DNA of 63,825 bases, filler included, from Choristocarpus tenellus KU-1152 (taxonomy: Eukaryota; Protista; Phaeophyceae): the NCBI GenBank assembly GCA_964200185.2. It is 10 parts of 10 records of this genome, joined end to end, with 100 filler letters (N's around TTAATTAATTAA, not from the genome) between each part and the next. Parts side by side here need not be neighbours in the genome. Positions count along the whole stretch, not along the records: positions 1 to 6,631 come from CAXNAD020007702.1; positions 6,732 to 9,699 come from CAXNAD020023291.1; positions 9,800 to 13,033 come from CAXNAD020021356.1; 7 more parts are not named here. One strand, given 5' to 3'. Of the stretch, positions 1 through 10,459 are shown piece by piece (the first letter of the stretch is position 1; each line of letters begins with the position of its first letter). A model generated the notes under the pieces. It did not search any database and was not told the DNA's origin. It saw only the letters and a program-made list of their open reading frames with translations. The translations under genes and the position numbers were made by a program.

Positions 1-179
1 CCAACCACTAATTGATTGTTCCATTACTCCATACATATTTTACCGTAACTGTCTGATAGAGTTGGAAGAGTCTAATCGAACAGCATGCACGCTTGGGACA
101 ATAATATGGAGGACTGGTCAACCAGTATGCTTCAGTCAACAACATAACTCCTGAGAGTCACATGGGGCACATTCTGAAA

Positions 180-1880
180 AATATGTTCCAGCCTTCCAAG
201 CGGTCAACCAAGAAATTTGGACAGTAATTTACAGACCTTAATGGTTCGAAGCCCATTGCTATGAAAGAGAGCAAGCACAGGTATAACCACGTTGTTAGGG
301 AAGAATACACAAATGAAGTGGACTCATTACAGGCGTCATAAGAGCAATGCTGCACCAGCGTTGCGAAGGTTTATTGCTGAATTGGCAGTCCTGAAAATAT
401 ATGATCGGTGCAATTCGCTATAATGGGGGAGGAGAATCGATCGGTGAACCTTTCGCAAGAGTACACGAAGAACATGGGATCAAGCGGGAATTGACCGTGC
501 CTGGTACCACAGCTTAATGGGGTGGCTGAGAAGGGCTTGGCACTCAGTCCAGAGAAGGCTTTGGTGTTTTATATCCTGCCTGTCTGGAGAAAGATATGTA
601 CTTCTGGACTGAATCCTATACTATGTCAACGAAGCTTCTTATCACGGCTCTCGCTTAAGCTAATGTGGACTTGGCATCTCATTATGAACTGTGGCATAGA
701 AAACCAGCTGATATGATGAACTATCCAGTGTGGAGTCTGCCAGGGCATGCTAGCAAAGCCAATAAACCCGACAAACTATCCACATGCACGTAAGAGTATA
801 ATTATCTTAGAGGGTACGATTTTTCCCCTGTTTGTCCGTTTCGGGCTTGGCTTCCCATGGTCTCTTTTATGACATTTTTTGCTTGAAAACGTTTCGGAGT
901 AGGTAAAATGTATACGTTATGAAACGGTTTGTCCGGAACGAGGATATTGACACTTCCTAACAAACATGATAGCCAGAGCTACACCAAAATCGCAACATTC
1001 GATGTTGAACCCCAAATGGACGCGGCTCTACCCTCTAAGATACTTTGGCTCTAACCTTGGCTAATGATGGGATTAGTTCATAATCACCCCACTGACTCGT
1101 TCCAATTTAACTTACAAAAATATGCAGACTCGTGGGAAGGAGGGACGTGACTTGAAATCAGCATCTTCATGATACTTTATGAGAGAGAACCACCTATTTC
1201 TTTTCCTATTCTTAGGGGAATATTGAACATTTTCCACAGGACAAGAGGAACACCATATCTGGGGACATCGGATCTTCTCTATCTGATGAGGGATCAGATG
1301 ATACAGGTGTGAGGAAGAATCTCTGGATGGTGATTGACCAAGCCAAGAGTGGGCGGAAGAGCGGTGGGTTATCTCACTCTTGAGGACTGAACAGTCGATC
1401 AAGGGTCGTTGATAAGCGAGGGGGTAGGCTCCATTGTATCACCTCAATAGCAGGGGAGTGGGGCTAGGAATAGACCCAGGATCTACTGAATGGACAATAA
1501 TTGGGTTCAAGGCCACTGAATCAGCAGCAACAGCATTGTTTGTGGGCAACATGGTGGAGGATATGGTTATAGCTGGCCAGTTGATATTCCAGCCAATGAT
1601 GTAACACCTAAACATAAGACCATAAACGAGGTTGAAGGTCGGACGAGTGCAAACATTCGTTGGAAGCCATCAACACTGAATTGGATGGGGTCATCGCTAA
1701 TGGGACATGGGAACAGCGACCACACTCAAAGGATAGGAATCTTCTGAAGATAGACTGTCTTCATCAGAAACTCAACAAGGTTTGCAGAGCTATGGAAGGC
1801 CAGGGTGGTGGTACAGGGAATCAGGCCACAAGGTGGAGTAGATTGGCATGAGGAGTTGTCTTCCACAGCCTACACAGCTT
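180..1880 (+). mobile_element. Degenerate Ty1/copia pol remnant (integrase core and start of RT), interrupted by MITE-A and other DNA
   Basis: Frameshifted translation gives IGAIRYNGGGESIGEPF...HGIKRELTVPGT/QLNGVAEK (copia integrase SDNGGEF...TPQQNGVAER) at ~405-535. LEAINTELDGVIANGTWEQ and KARVVVQG...GGVDWHE (copia RT start) occur at ~1655-1860. Confidence 0.75.
794..1051 (-). mobile_element. MITE family A copy (~258 bp), TSD TAA
   Basis: TIRs GAGTATAATTATCTTAGAGGGTA...TACCCTCTAAGATACTTTGGCTC; TAA at 791-793 and 1052-1054; internal sequence matches nine other copies. Confidence 0.92.
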
Positions 1881-3226
1881 GTCTACAATTGAAACATGCA
1901 TTGTACACTTACCTTGCAATATCATGCACAGCAACATTATATCCGAACAACATTCAAGCATAAATCGTGACACTTCTCTCCTCTGAGTATGCAGCAGGAT
2001 GAGGATCCGAGAAAATAGGTTGCAGTAAAGAGTCTACTTAACAGAAAAGATTATACCTTTGGATAACGGTAAAGCAGCCCTACCTCAGACAATCTGCTCA
2101 CTTGCTAAACACCTGTCTAGGTAACAATTACTAATACAAATCATTGGAAAAAGAGAACTTTATCTCGGACATAAATTCGATGTAATGGAAAAAATTTTAC
2201 GTTGCACTCTCTTTATTTAACACATGCGAACTTCAACTATTGTGGGAACTACTCGCACAGGCAAAAAAGAAACATACAGGAAAGAAACACTTTTCCAGCC
2301 ATATTCTTGACATGACCAATTTTGAACAGTTTCTTAAGGCTAGCTTTGAGGCCACCCAAACTATGAGCAGTCAGAATGCACAAGAGTTCACTCTCGGCCA
2401 CGTATTTCAAAGCTTCTCACATACCTGTCCATCCCATAGGCCGTCCTTTATCTCTCCAATGTGGACGTCTCCATTATTGTATGTACATGTTTCCTGCTTA
2501 CGATGACAGAAACAAGGGAGGAGAGCATGCCTTGAGCAGAACTGTGAGAAATATGGTGATAAGGCCCTGACAGATGGAGACAACATTATGAGTGTGTGTG
2601 GGCCAGAAAGAGACTTGCAAACAAGCGTTAAGGAAGTTCTGTTCATGGGAAGTGCTTTGATACTACATCAAGCAAGGATACACCATATGGAACAAAATAT
2701 GACCATTCATGACACGAAAGGGTATGAACAATAAAGGTCCTTGAGAACCACACACCCCACAAATTGCCCTCAAATCTTCATGTTCAAGTGGCGCATGAAG
2801 ACACAGACAAAAGAAATCAGTAAATATCTGTACAGCACCATGTACATCAGGTAACCCCCACAACTAGAGTGATAGGAATTTTATCCTTAGTAAATTGAGT
2901 CCTCATGGACGAGGTCCAAGCCTTGCAGTGGCAGAGCCAAGATCATGAAGAGTGTAAGATCTAGACAAGACAAAATCAGAAAAACATCCACAAACAATGT
3001 TGACCAGCATCATTGCTGTGTGACAGACCAAGTGTTCTGGCCTTACCTCTATCGTATCCGCGTTCTGTCGGACAGATGACTTGAGTTGTTCCACTACTCT
3101 AGAGAAGGGTGCTATCTCTACAAATGTTGAAACTACCATGGAGGAGGATATTCAGCGAGTCAAAAGTAGTATGATACCGAGAATTTTATTCCTGACTTCA
3201 CTTGAGTTCAGTATGGATTACGCAGA

Positions 3227-3472
3227 GAGCAAAAGTATCTTAGAGGGTAGAGCCGCGTCCAGTTGGGGGCTAAGATTTTGATGTGATTTTGGCTATCGTG
3301 TTTATTAGCAAGTGTCAAATCCTTGTTCCAAAACACACATTTTCATAGCGTATACACTTTCCCTACTCCGAAACGTTTTGGAGTAGGAAAATGTCCTAGA
3401 AGAACCCATGGGAAGCCAAGCCCCAAACGGACAAACAGGGAGAAACTCGTACCCTCTAAGATACTTTCACTC
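3227..3472 (+). mobile_element. MITE family A copy, TSD AGA
   Basis: GAGCAAAAGTATCTTAGAGGGTA...TACCCTCTAAGATACTTTCACTC flanked by AGA on both sides. Confidence 0.92.
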
Positions 3473-3682
3473 AGAAAGATGAGGCTTCGTCTAGCGTGTC
3501 CAAGGATTCTAGACCGTAAAAATGGCAAGCAAATGTCTCAAAATGTATGCCAACAAGTGCCATGACCTGTTCAGTACCAAAGAATTCTATTGCGATTGCT
3601 GAGGTACACAGAGGATTTCGATGGAGAAATTAAGCGAATTATACCTTACTTCTAGGAGTGCTTCGTTTTCCAAGCTGGTCTA

Positions 3683-3865
3683 GGACCAAAAGTGTCTGGG
3701 GGCGGGGGCGGGTCTATGCCAGGGTGTCCATTTGGGACAAAATCAGGAAAAGTGCATTTACATTATCCATCCGATGTATGCAACCAAATCACATTAAAAA
3801 TCACGACATGAAAAAGTTGACCCCAAATGGACAGCCGCCAGCTGCCCCCCCAGATACTTTGAGCC
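3683..3865 (+). mobile_element. MITE family B copy (~180 bp), TSD CTA
   Basis: GGACCAAAAGTGTCTGGGGG...CCCCCCCAGATACTTTGAGCC flanked by CTA; internal sequence shared with other copies. Confidence 0.9.
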
Positions 3866-6252
3866 CTAGGAGTCCAAATAATGGTGATAATATCACCAAG
3901 ATAAAGATAAAAGGTTGGGAAAATAATACGGCTCTAATGATAGGCGTGTTATTACCTCCAAGCACGTTGTCATTCTTGCTCACCTCGTACATGACAACAT
4001 GGAGGCTGGAAATGTCAGCTTTCTCTGTCATATTATCATCACAGACACGTTCTGGTGCCATCCATACCGTAAGGTCAACTGAAGTGCCAGTAGTAGCCTA
4101 GAGCACAGGATATAGGTTACAACTCAGCAAGTACAGTATCAAAATAACTTGCTCCACCTGCTTTCAAACCTTACACTACTTCAGGACGAACCTAGAAAGT
4201 TGGGCTAATGATGTATCTCCTTGACGCTTTCGAGTAGACAACAAAAATATCGTTGCAACGGTGGAGCAAGCTGGAGGTGAGGATGCTAGTTTGAGGTCTT
4301 AAATCCGCATGGAACCCAACACACAGGCCATTTTAGGCCCGTTAAAATGCAAAAGGTTCAGCCCCTTAAGTAGACTTGAAGCATTCAAAAAGTTGCAAAA
4401 TCTATACAGGTCGCTTTTTCACATGAATATATACAGAATGAAAGCTGCATCCTAACATGTCAATCAAGCTAAAACAGCACCTTCAACTCACTATACAGCA
4501 TGCAATAGGGTGCACTATACCTGAATAAGGAGAGCATTCCTGTTTTGGGGGTATTCTTGATATTTGATACTTACACATTTGTCTTACCTATTCACAACGT
4601 GAAACATATGTCATTGGAATGCCAATACACACTAGAATCATAGGATATGTTTTTAATGGCTCAAATCGTTTTGGTTATAAAATTCTGAGTCGTGTACCAG
4701 ATGGCAAAGCAATTCATCCATGCAGACAATGATAGCTTTCCAGTCAACTTCGTCCTCTAGGCTCCCCCAGTATTTATCCAGCAACCTGCAAATATATGCT
4801 CTTCTCTCTCTGTCAGAGGTGGGATAATGATTTGACCCGTTCTCCACACATAGCTCAGGTGTTTCTGAATACCATTCAGACCGTTCAATGAGAGTTCCAC
4901 CCCAAACTTTACGTTAAACCGAGCCAACAAATCCTGCCAGAATACCAGTTCTCCCAAGGAATACTGTATATAGATGTAGATTTCCATCTTGCCAAGCTTT
5001 GACTCAATAATCCTGCACCTCTTATCAGAGTCCACTTCAACACTCCCCCATTCAATAAGTCAAGGTGATCAAGATCTACCCTTCCTCCTCCCAAGTAGTC
5101 ACAGTTTGGAAAAGCCTGTATTTTCCCTCTCCCACTGCATGACAGACAGCCTCCATCACCCTAGTAATAACCCAATAATAGTAGGTGACAAACCTACAGT
5201 ACAGGATCAGCAGTACACATGCATGTCCCTCCTAAAGTACCTCTCCTTTGGCCAGCCGGACTCTCTCTGCTTAATTTTGAGATGACCTTCACTAGCATCT
5301 TGAGCATTACTTTGGGAGCATCCACCACCCTTTTCTTCTTCGCTGCAGCCATGCAGGCCCTTGCCTGACTGATCTTTGCTCCCCTTCCCCCTCTTGTTTC
5401 ACATTGTGCCATCATCGACCAGCACCTCTGATGCTAGCCTTCTCGACCTCTTGCTTTTCTTAACTGCCATCGATTGGCTTAAAGACACGAAACCAAACTC
5501 TGTCCGAATTGTTCTACTTCTGATCTCCTTGATAAACAAGTACATTCTTCCCTAGTGTCCTTGCATGACTTCTAAACATTGGGCAGCTCACACGACTTCT
5601 GTTGGAAGACCTGCCAAGTTCTAATGGGGCGCCAATAGCTGAATATATATAGATAGAGGTCAAGTGAAATACACTGGTTTGAAGCAGAAGTTGCAAGCTT
5701 TAACCCAGCATCTAATCGGAAGTTAAAACTAATACAATATTTCAAAAAGTGCCTGGAACACCAACTTTTTGCTACTTCTTAGGTTCAAATGTAAGTACTG
5801 TATGCCGAATCATTCATACACAATATCACATACTTATGAGGATCCCTCACCCTACTCGAATCATGTATGATGTTGATCTGCTTACAAGATGCCAAACGAG
5901 CAAGTCCAAAGCCCGCAATTTTCGGCTACAGATTATCGTTTAGGAGGATGCTCAAGCTCTTGAGTCCCATATAGGTTACCCCAATGATGTGCAAGTATTG
6001 CAAACCCTGTGATAATCGAGGAAAAGGTTATAGTTTGGTCGAGGAATCAAAAACTGCAGCTACCTTGACACAGACATTTCAAGGCCACCCAATGCTAAGT
6101 AATGAGGTCAGAGACAGCCAGATCATCATTATTCCCTCTGCCTACTCTTGGTGTCTTCAAGGGAGGGTTCCTGTCCAACATCTGATTATATTCTACTGAG
6201 CTCAGATTATATGGCACTGTCAGACCAAAGACTTGACGCTTTCTTACAGCTC

Positions 6253-6556
6253 TGTTACAGGCGCCCCTCAAAGCTTACCTCCACAGGATGTATAGCTCCA
6301 ATCTACGGGCCTATAGATGATACTGATGTACGTATAGGACTCCTGATGCACAAGTCGTCAGGTATGCTGGATCTCTCACTTGAATTAACATCAATATCAT
6401 CATATAAAAAGGAACTGATCCACGATGTCTTATCACAATCGGGGACCATAATGACCAAATAATAAATAAATAAAGTAGTACAAATATATCAAATCCAGAA
6501 CTTCAATGTCATAATGGTGTTTATGAAACCGCTATCAAGACATATCGCCTGTAACA
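6253..6556 (-). mobile_element. LTR (probable 3' LTR with adjacent polypurine tract)
   Basis: Ends TGTTACAGGCG...CGCCTGTAACA (TG..CA, 11-bp inverted termini). On the minus strand AGGGGGGCA immediately precedes it (PPT-like). Homologous to 12596-12884, 42352-42785 and 6732-6827. Confidence 0.78.
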
Positions 6557-6631
6557 TGCCCCCCTAGCATGAAGCATAACTGCTTCAATGCGATAAACAG
6601 GCGATTGGACAAGGAAAGATAATGTCATTCC

Positions 6632-6731
6632 NNNNNNNNNNNNNNNNNNNNNNNNNNNNNNNNNNNNNNNNNNNNTTAATTAATTAANNNNNNNNNNNNN
6701 NNNNNNNNNNNNNNNNNNNNNNNNNNNNNNN
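6632..6731. other. Artificial contig linker
   Basis: N44-TTAATTAATTAA-N44; the 12-mer gives stops in all six frames. Confidence 0.97.
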
Positions 6732-6827
6732 TTGTAAAGGGCAATGCACCCATAGCATCGTTTTAAGATCGTTGGGTTTGAGTTGTACATCCTGTGGATG
6801 TGAGTTCTGAGGGGCGCGCCTGTAACA
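6732..6827 (+). mobile_element. 3' end of LTR (same family), inserted in the minisatellite element; truncated by contig start
   Basis: ...TACATCCTGTGGATGTGAG...GCGCCTGTAACA, followed directly by minisatellite-element sequence (TCAACACCATTCCAC). Confidence 0.65.
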
Positions 6828-7619
6828 TCAACACCATTCCACAATCATCCGAGAACACCCCTTCATAATCTACTTCATACCTTGCCTTTGAGCTAGAAGA
6901 CATTTACCCCGCCCGAACTTGACCTCCCCTCCCTTTACCCACCATCCCAATTGGCCGTGAGCAAGCGACAGGGTGGGTGGGCGGGAGAGCTTGCTCGGAG
7001 GTTTTCTTGTTCTAGCCCTCCTCATCTTGGACCACCAGCCCTCGGTTTTCTTTACATACTGACCATTCCTTCTTACCTTGTGCCTCCACCTACCAACCAC
7101 TTCTATAACTTCTTTCCTACCTCTTCTACATCCTAATCACTCAGTACTTAACTCTTGGTTCACTCCTTGACTACTTTTTCTTTTTCCTTTCTCACATCTC
7201 TCTCCCCTGTACAACATTGCAGTGTTAGCAGTCGCCTCCTGCATCAACTTTGTGGTGCCATAACTTTTGATCAACAACAAATTTATCCATGAAAATTCGT
7301 TTGCTGTAATTGCATCAGCATGCTTAACATTGTTTGATGAATCTCCGTTAGTCAACTTGTAATAATCGTGAGAAATACAGGAACATACTCCAATCAAGTA
7401 GTCCGCGTGCGTTTCGCACGGAGTACCTCGCGGAGCGCGCGAACCACGCATTTATGGATGGTTTTGACGCCAAGAGAGCCCATCTTCACCCGGAGAACAT
7501 GAGCGTTGTTGTCTCTTCATTCCTTCCATTATCTCCCGTTTATCCGATGTTGTCACCTGCTGACTAAGGCTCACTCATGGGGTCTAGGCCTCTGTACTAG
7601 ATAATCCATGCCAAGTTAA

Positions 7620-7900
7620 ATGAGGTATTCTGAAGGTGCAGGCTTAAATGTCTTGTACATCCTGTCTAACTTGGTGCACTCCATGCCTTTCTCGTTGGAA
7701 TATATCAGGCGGTAAGCAATACTCAACCTGAAGAACCTCTCCACAATTACTCTGGACAGTCCCCCTTCCTCCTTAAGACTGACAGGAATGTTGGCTCTCA
7801 TTCCAGCCAATGTGTAGTCACAGTGGCCTTGTGCATAGTGCTTTGTCCGACCTCAGACCATCTCTATCGGGTTCAATTCACGGTGTTTTGTGAGGGGCAG
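7620..7900 (-). pseudogene. C-terminal fragment of Tc1/IS630-type DDE transposase
   Basis: KHRELNPIEMV*GRTKHYAQGHCDYTLAGMRANIPVSL...YKTFK resembles the (H/S)xELNPIExxW...K...CDYT motif around the catalytic E; internal stop. Confidence 0.78.
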
Positions 7901-8099
7901 GTGACAACTCGGACCTCGTTGGGCGTCAAAGTGTCCTGTGATTGGCTTAAACAGTATTAAGCTGAGGTCCGTCCACGTACCGTTTTGGCAGTTACCAATC
8001 TTGAAATTTTCGAAAAGGTTGCCCAACGAGTTAATCGATGATCAGCATATCAAATGAAAGCTTTTGATCTAAGCTATTGATTTATGCAAAGAAACACTC

Positions 8100-9137
8100 G
8101 TTTTGCTCACGAATTCTGGATTATTATTATTTTATTCTATGTTTGCAATCCCCTCTTTTCCCTTTCCTCCCCGCATTCTATCAACCCTTGTGACCAACCA
8201 GTGGCTCATATTATCTGGGAGGGGGTGGTGGCCTACACCATGGTGTTTATTTGGGCCCTGACCAGGAAAAGTGCACTTACATTATCCATCCAACGCATGC
8301 AACCAAATCACCCAAAAACCGCGACATGGAAAAATTGGCCCAGAATAGACAGCCGCCACCCCACACCTGGTACTTTGAGCCAGTGCGACCTCTTCACCAC
8401 TGATTTCCAGCCACCGTCCACCTCTGATGACCAACCAGGGCAAACCCCCTTCACCACTGATTTCCAGTCACCCCCCACATCTGATGACCAAAGTTACCAG
8501 GGCAAACCCCCTTCGCCCCTGATTTCCAGTCAACCCCACATCTGATGACCAACCGGTGTGACCCCTTTCACCACTGATTTCCAGTCACTACCACACCCTC
8601 AACCCCACTCAACCCCACACCAGTGCCACTCCACTCAACCCTACCTCACTTACACTCCACCACACCAATGAACACCATTTAACCCCACACCACTCGACAC
8701 CACTCCACAATCATCCAAGAACACCTCTTCATCATCCCCTTCATATCGTGCCTTTGAGCTAGAAGACATCTACCACGCCCGAACTTGACCTCCCCTCCCT
8801 CCCTATCATCCTCGTCGGTCGTGAGCAAGCGATAGGGCAGGTGCACGGGAAAGCCTGCTCGGGGGTTGTCTTGATCTAGCCCTCCTTGTCCTGCCACCCC
8901 AGCCTCAGGTTTCCTCTTCGGTTCAATACTGTCCCTTCCTTCTTCACTCCTGCCTCCACCTGTCACTCATTCTCTTAACTTCTCCCCTCCCTCTTTCAAC
9001 CAATCAGTATTTAACTCTTCTTTCCCTTCTTGCTGATTTTTATTTCTTTCCTGTCCCCTCCTCCCTTCCCCTGTCCCCCCAACCAACCCGAATTCTTTCG
9101 CCCACAAAACTCAGATTACTTCATAAACTTTCCCTTC
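8100..9137 (+). mobile_element. Minisatellite-bearing Helentron/DINE-like element, full length, nested in the Tc1-like element
   Basis: Starts TTTTGCTCACGAATTCTGGATTATTATTATT, has ~58-bp central repeats, ends GAATTC...CTCAGATTACTTCATAAACTTTCCCTT; no TSD visible. Confidence 0.75.
8203..8381 (+). mobile_element. MITE family B copy, TSD AGT
   Basis: GGCTCATATTATCTGGG...TACTTTGAGCC; removing it plus one AGT restores the unit TGACCAACCAGTGCG seen in uninterrupted repeats. Confidence 0.9.
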
Positions 9138-9699
9138 CGCAATTTTTTTTTGGTTGTGATAGTTCATTCCGGAACATTTTCAAGGTTGTGCCGAAAACAT
9201 TCGGTTATAATTTGACCTTACCAAAATAATATTCTGGAAGAATTTATTTATGGAAATCGATAGCTTAGATCAAGAGCTTTCATTCGATATGCTCATTGTA
9301 GTTTATCTTGTTGGGCAACCTTTTCAAAAAAATCAAGACCGGTATGATGGTAGAGGCAACTGCCTACAGTATACTGCCTACACTATACCACCAGAATTCC
9401 TCCATCCACAGAACTCAGATTACTTCATAAACTTCCCTTTTCTAATATATATTTTGTGGAAGTGTCAAAGGTGCCTAGTTCTCTGCTCAAGGGGGCAATC
9501 ACAATCACCAAACTGAAACTCCTTCACCTCAGAGGGTGAGACCGAGTTTCAAAGGTGTTGGCTCAATATCTCACAACAGATGAGGAAGTCCAGCACAGAC
9601 CAAGAACCTTAAAACACAACAGATATTCCCGAATGACTGAGCAACGTCATAGCAAAGAAATGGATCGGTCAGAATCGGAATGGTTCTTCGTTCTGATAG

Positions 9700-9799
9700 N
9701 NNNNNNNNNNNNNNNNNNNNNNNNNNNNNNNNNNNNNNNNNNNTTAATTAATTAANNNNNNNNNNNNNNNNNNNNNNNNNNNNNNNNNNNNNNNNNNNN
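9700..9799. other. Artificial contig linker
   Basis: N44-TTAATTAATTAA-N44. Confidence 0.97.
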
Positions 9800-9859
9800 A
9801 TGCGCATTAACACATAAACATCATTTTTTTAAAAGCGCTCGTAATCGTTTCCATCCTAT

Positions 9860-10069
9860 CCACGAAGCTTATGATTGATTTCCCAGCTCACCACGATTAA
9901 TTAGTCGATTCCACGATTGATTTTCCAGCTCGCCAGATTAATTAGTCGATTCCACGATTGATTTACCGTTTTTGTACCAAGTGGTACAAAATACGATTTT
10001 GTATCACATCAATTTTGTTCCGTTTTTTTAGGGCATACCCATGAGTGAACAAAACCTGGTAACCTACTG
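9860..10069 (-). mobile_element. End of CAGTAGG-terminated (Tc1/pogo-like) element with 42-bp subterminal repeats
   Basis: 42-bp GATTAATTAGTCGATTCCACGATTGATTT... units, palindrome TTTTGTACCA-AG-TGGTACAAAA, end ...CCTACTG|TA; homologous to 31576-31878, and homology stops at the TA. Confidence 0.7.
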
Positions 10070-10459
10070 TATATATATTGAACTTGACCCATTCTTCACC
10101 CGTTCTTAACTATTCACATACCAAAAACTTCGATCGCATCATTTAAGACGAAAATGGAGGATATTTGCACCAACCACGTATTGGGAATTTCGGCGATCGT
10201 TGTGACAATATGTATTATACATATACATTGATGAGGTGCGTGCTCAATCAGTTTTCTTTCTCTCATATTGTTCTGCCAACACGGGAAAATTAATATTTTG
10301 GTAGCACTTAGCTGGAGGTGAAAGGATACTAATTTATTCAAACTATCTGGTAACTTACAATGGTACTCATCTTCGGTCTAAATCGACGGGGTGGTGCCAA
10401 ATCGACTTTATTTTTATTGTATCTTCACGAGAAAGAATATACGAGATGTATTCAGCGCC

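Larger units (their letters stand above)
7220..9385 (-). mobile_element. Tc1/IS630-like non-autonomous element (CAGTG termini, TA target)
   Basis: Left end CAGTGTTAGCAGTCGCCTC, right end GAGGCAACTGCC...TACACTA|TA. Inserted at the CATTA site of the host repeat. Carries a transposase 3' fragment. 7220-8090 is repeated, inverted, at 21104-21978. Confidence 0.75.
6828..9441 (+). mobile_element. 3' half of minisatellite-bearing Helentron/DINE-like element (pieces 6828-7219 and 9386-9441), split by a Tc1-like insertion
   Basis: 6828-7219 aligns with ~41771-42162; 9388-9441 (CCACCAGAATTC...CTCAGATTACTTCATAAACTT) continues where that alignment stops. Confidence 0.75.

Noticed and set aside
2650-3140. 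Copia RNase H remnant on the minus strand
   Set aside because: Only a vague resemblance; no diagnostic motif intact.
3323-4101. ORFs overlapping MITEs (also 8084, 16639, 37202, 41320, 52156, 53137)
   Set aside because: Chance frames through non-coding repeats; not conserved between copies.
6676-6687. TTAATTAATTAA as a biological motif
   Set aside because: Always centred in identical N runs; it is an assembly linker.
8420-8560. CTGATGA in the 58-bp repeats as a hammerhead ribozyme core
   Set aside because: No stem II and no GAAA at the required position.
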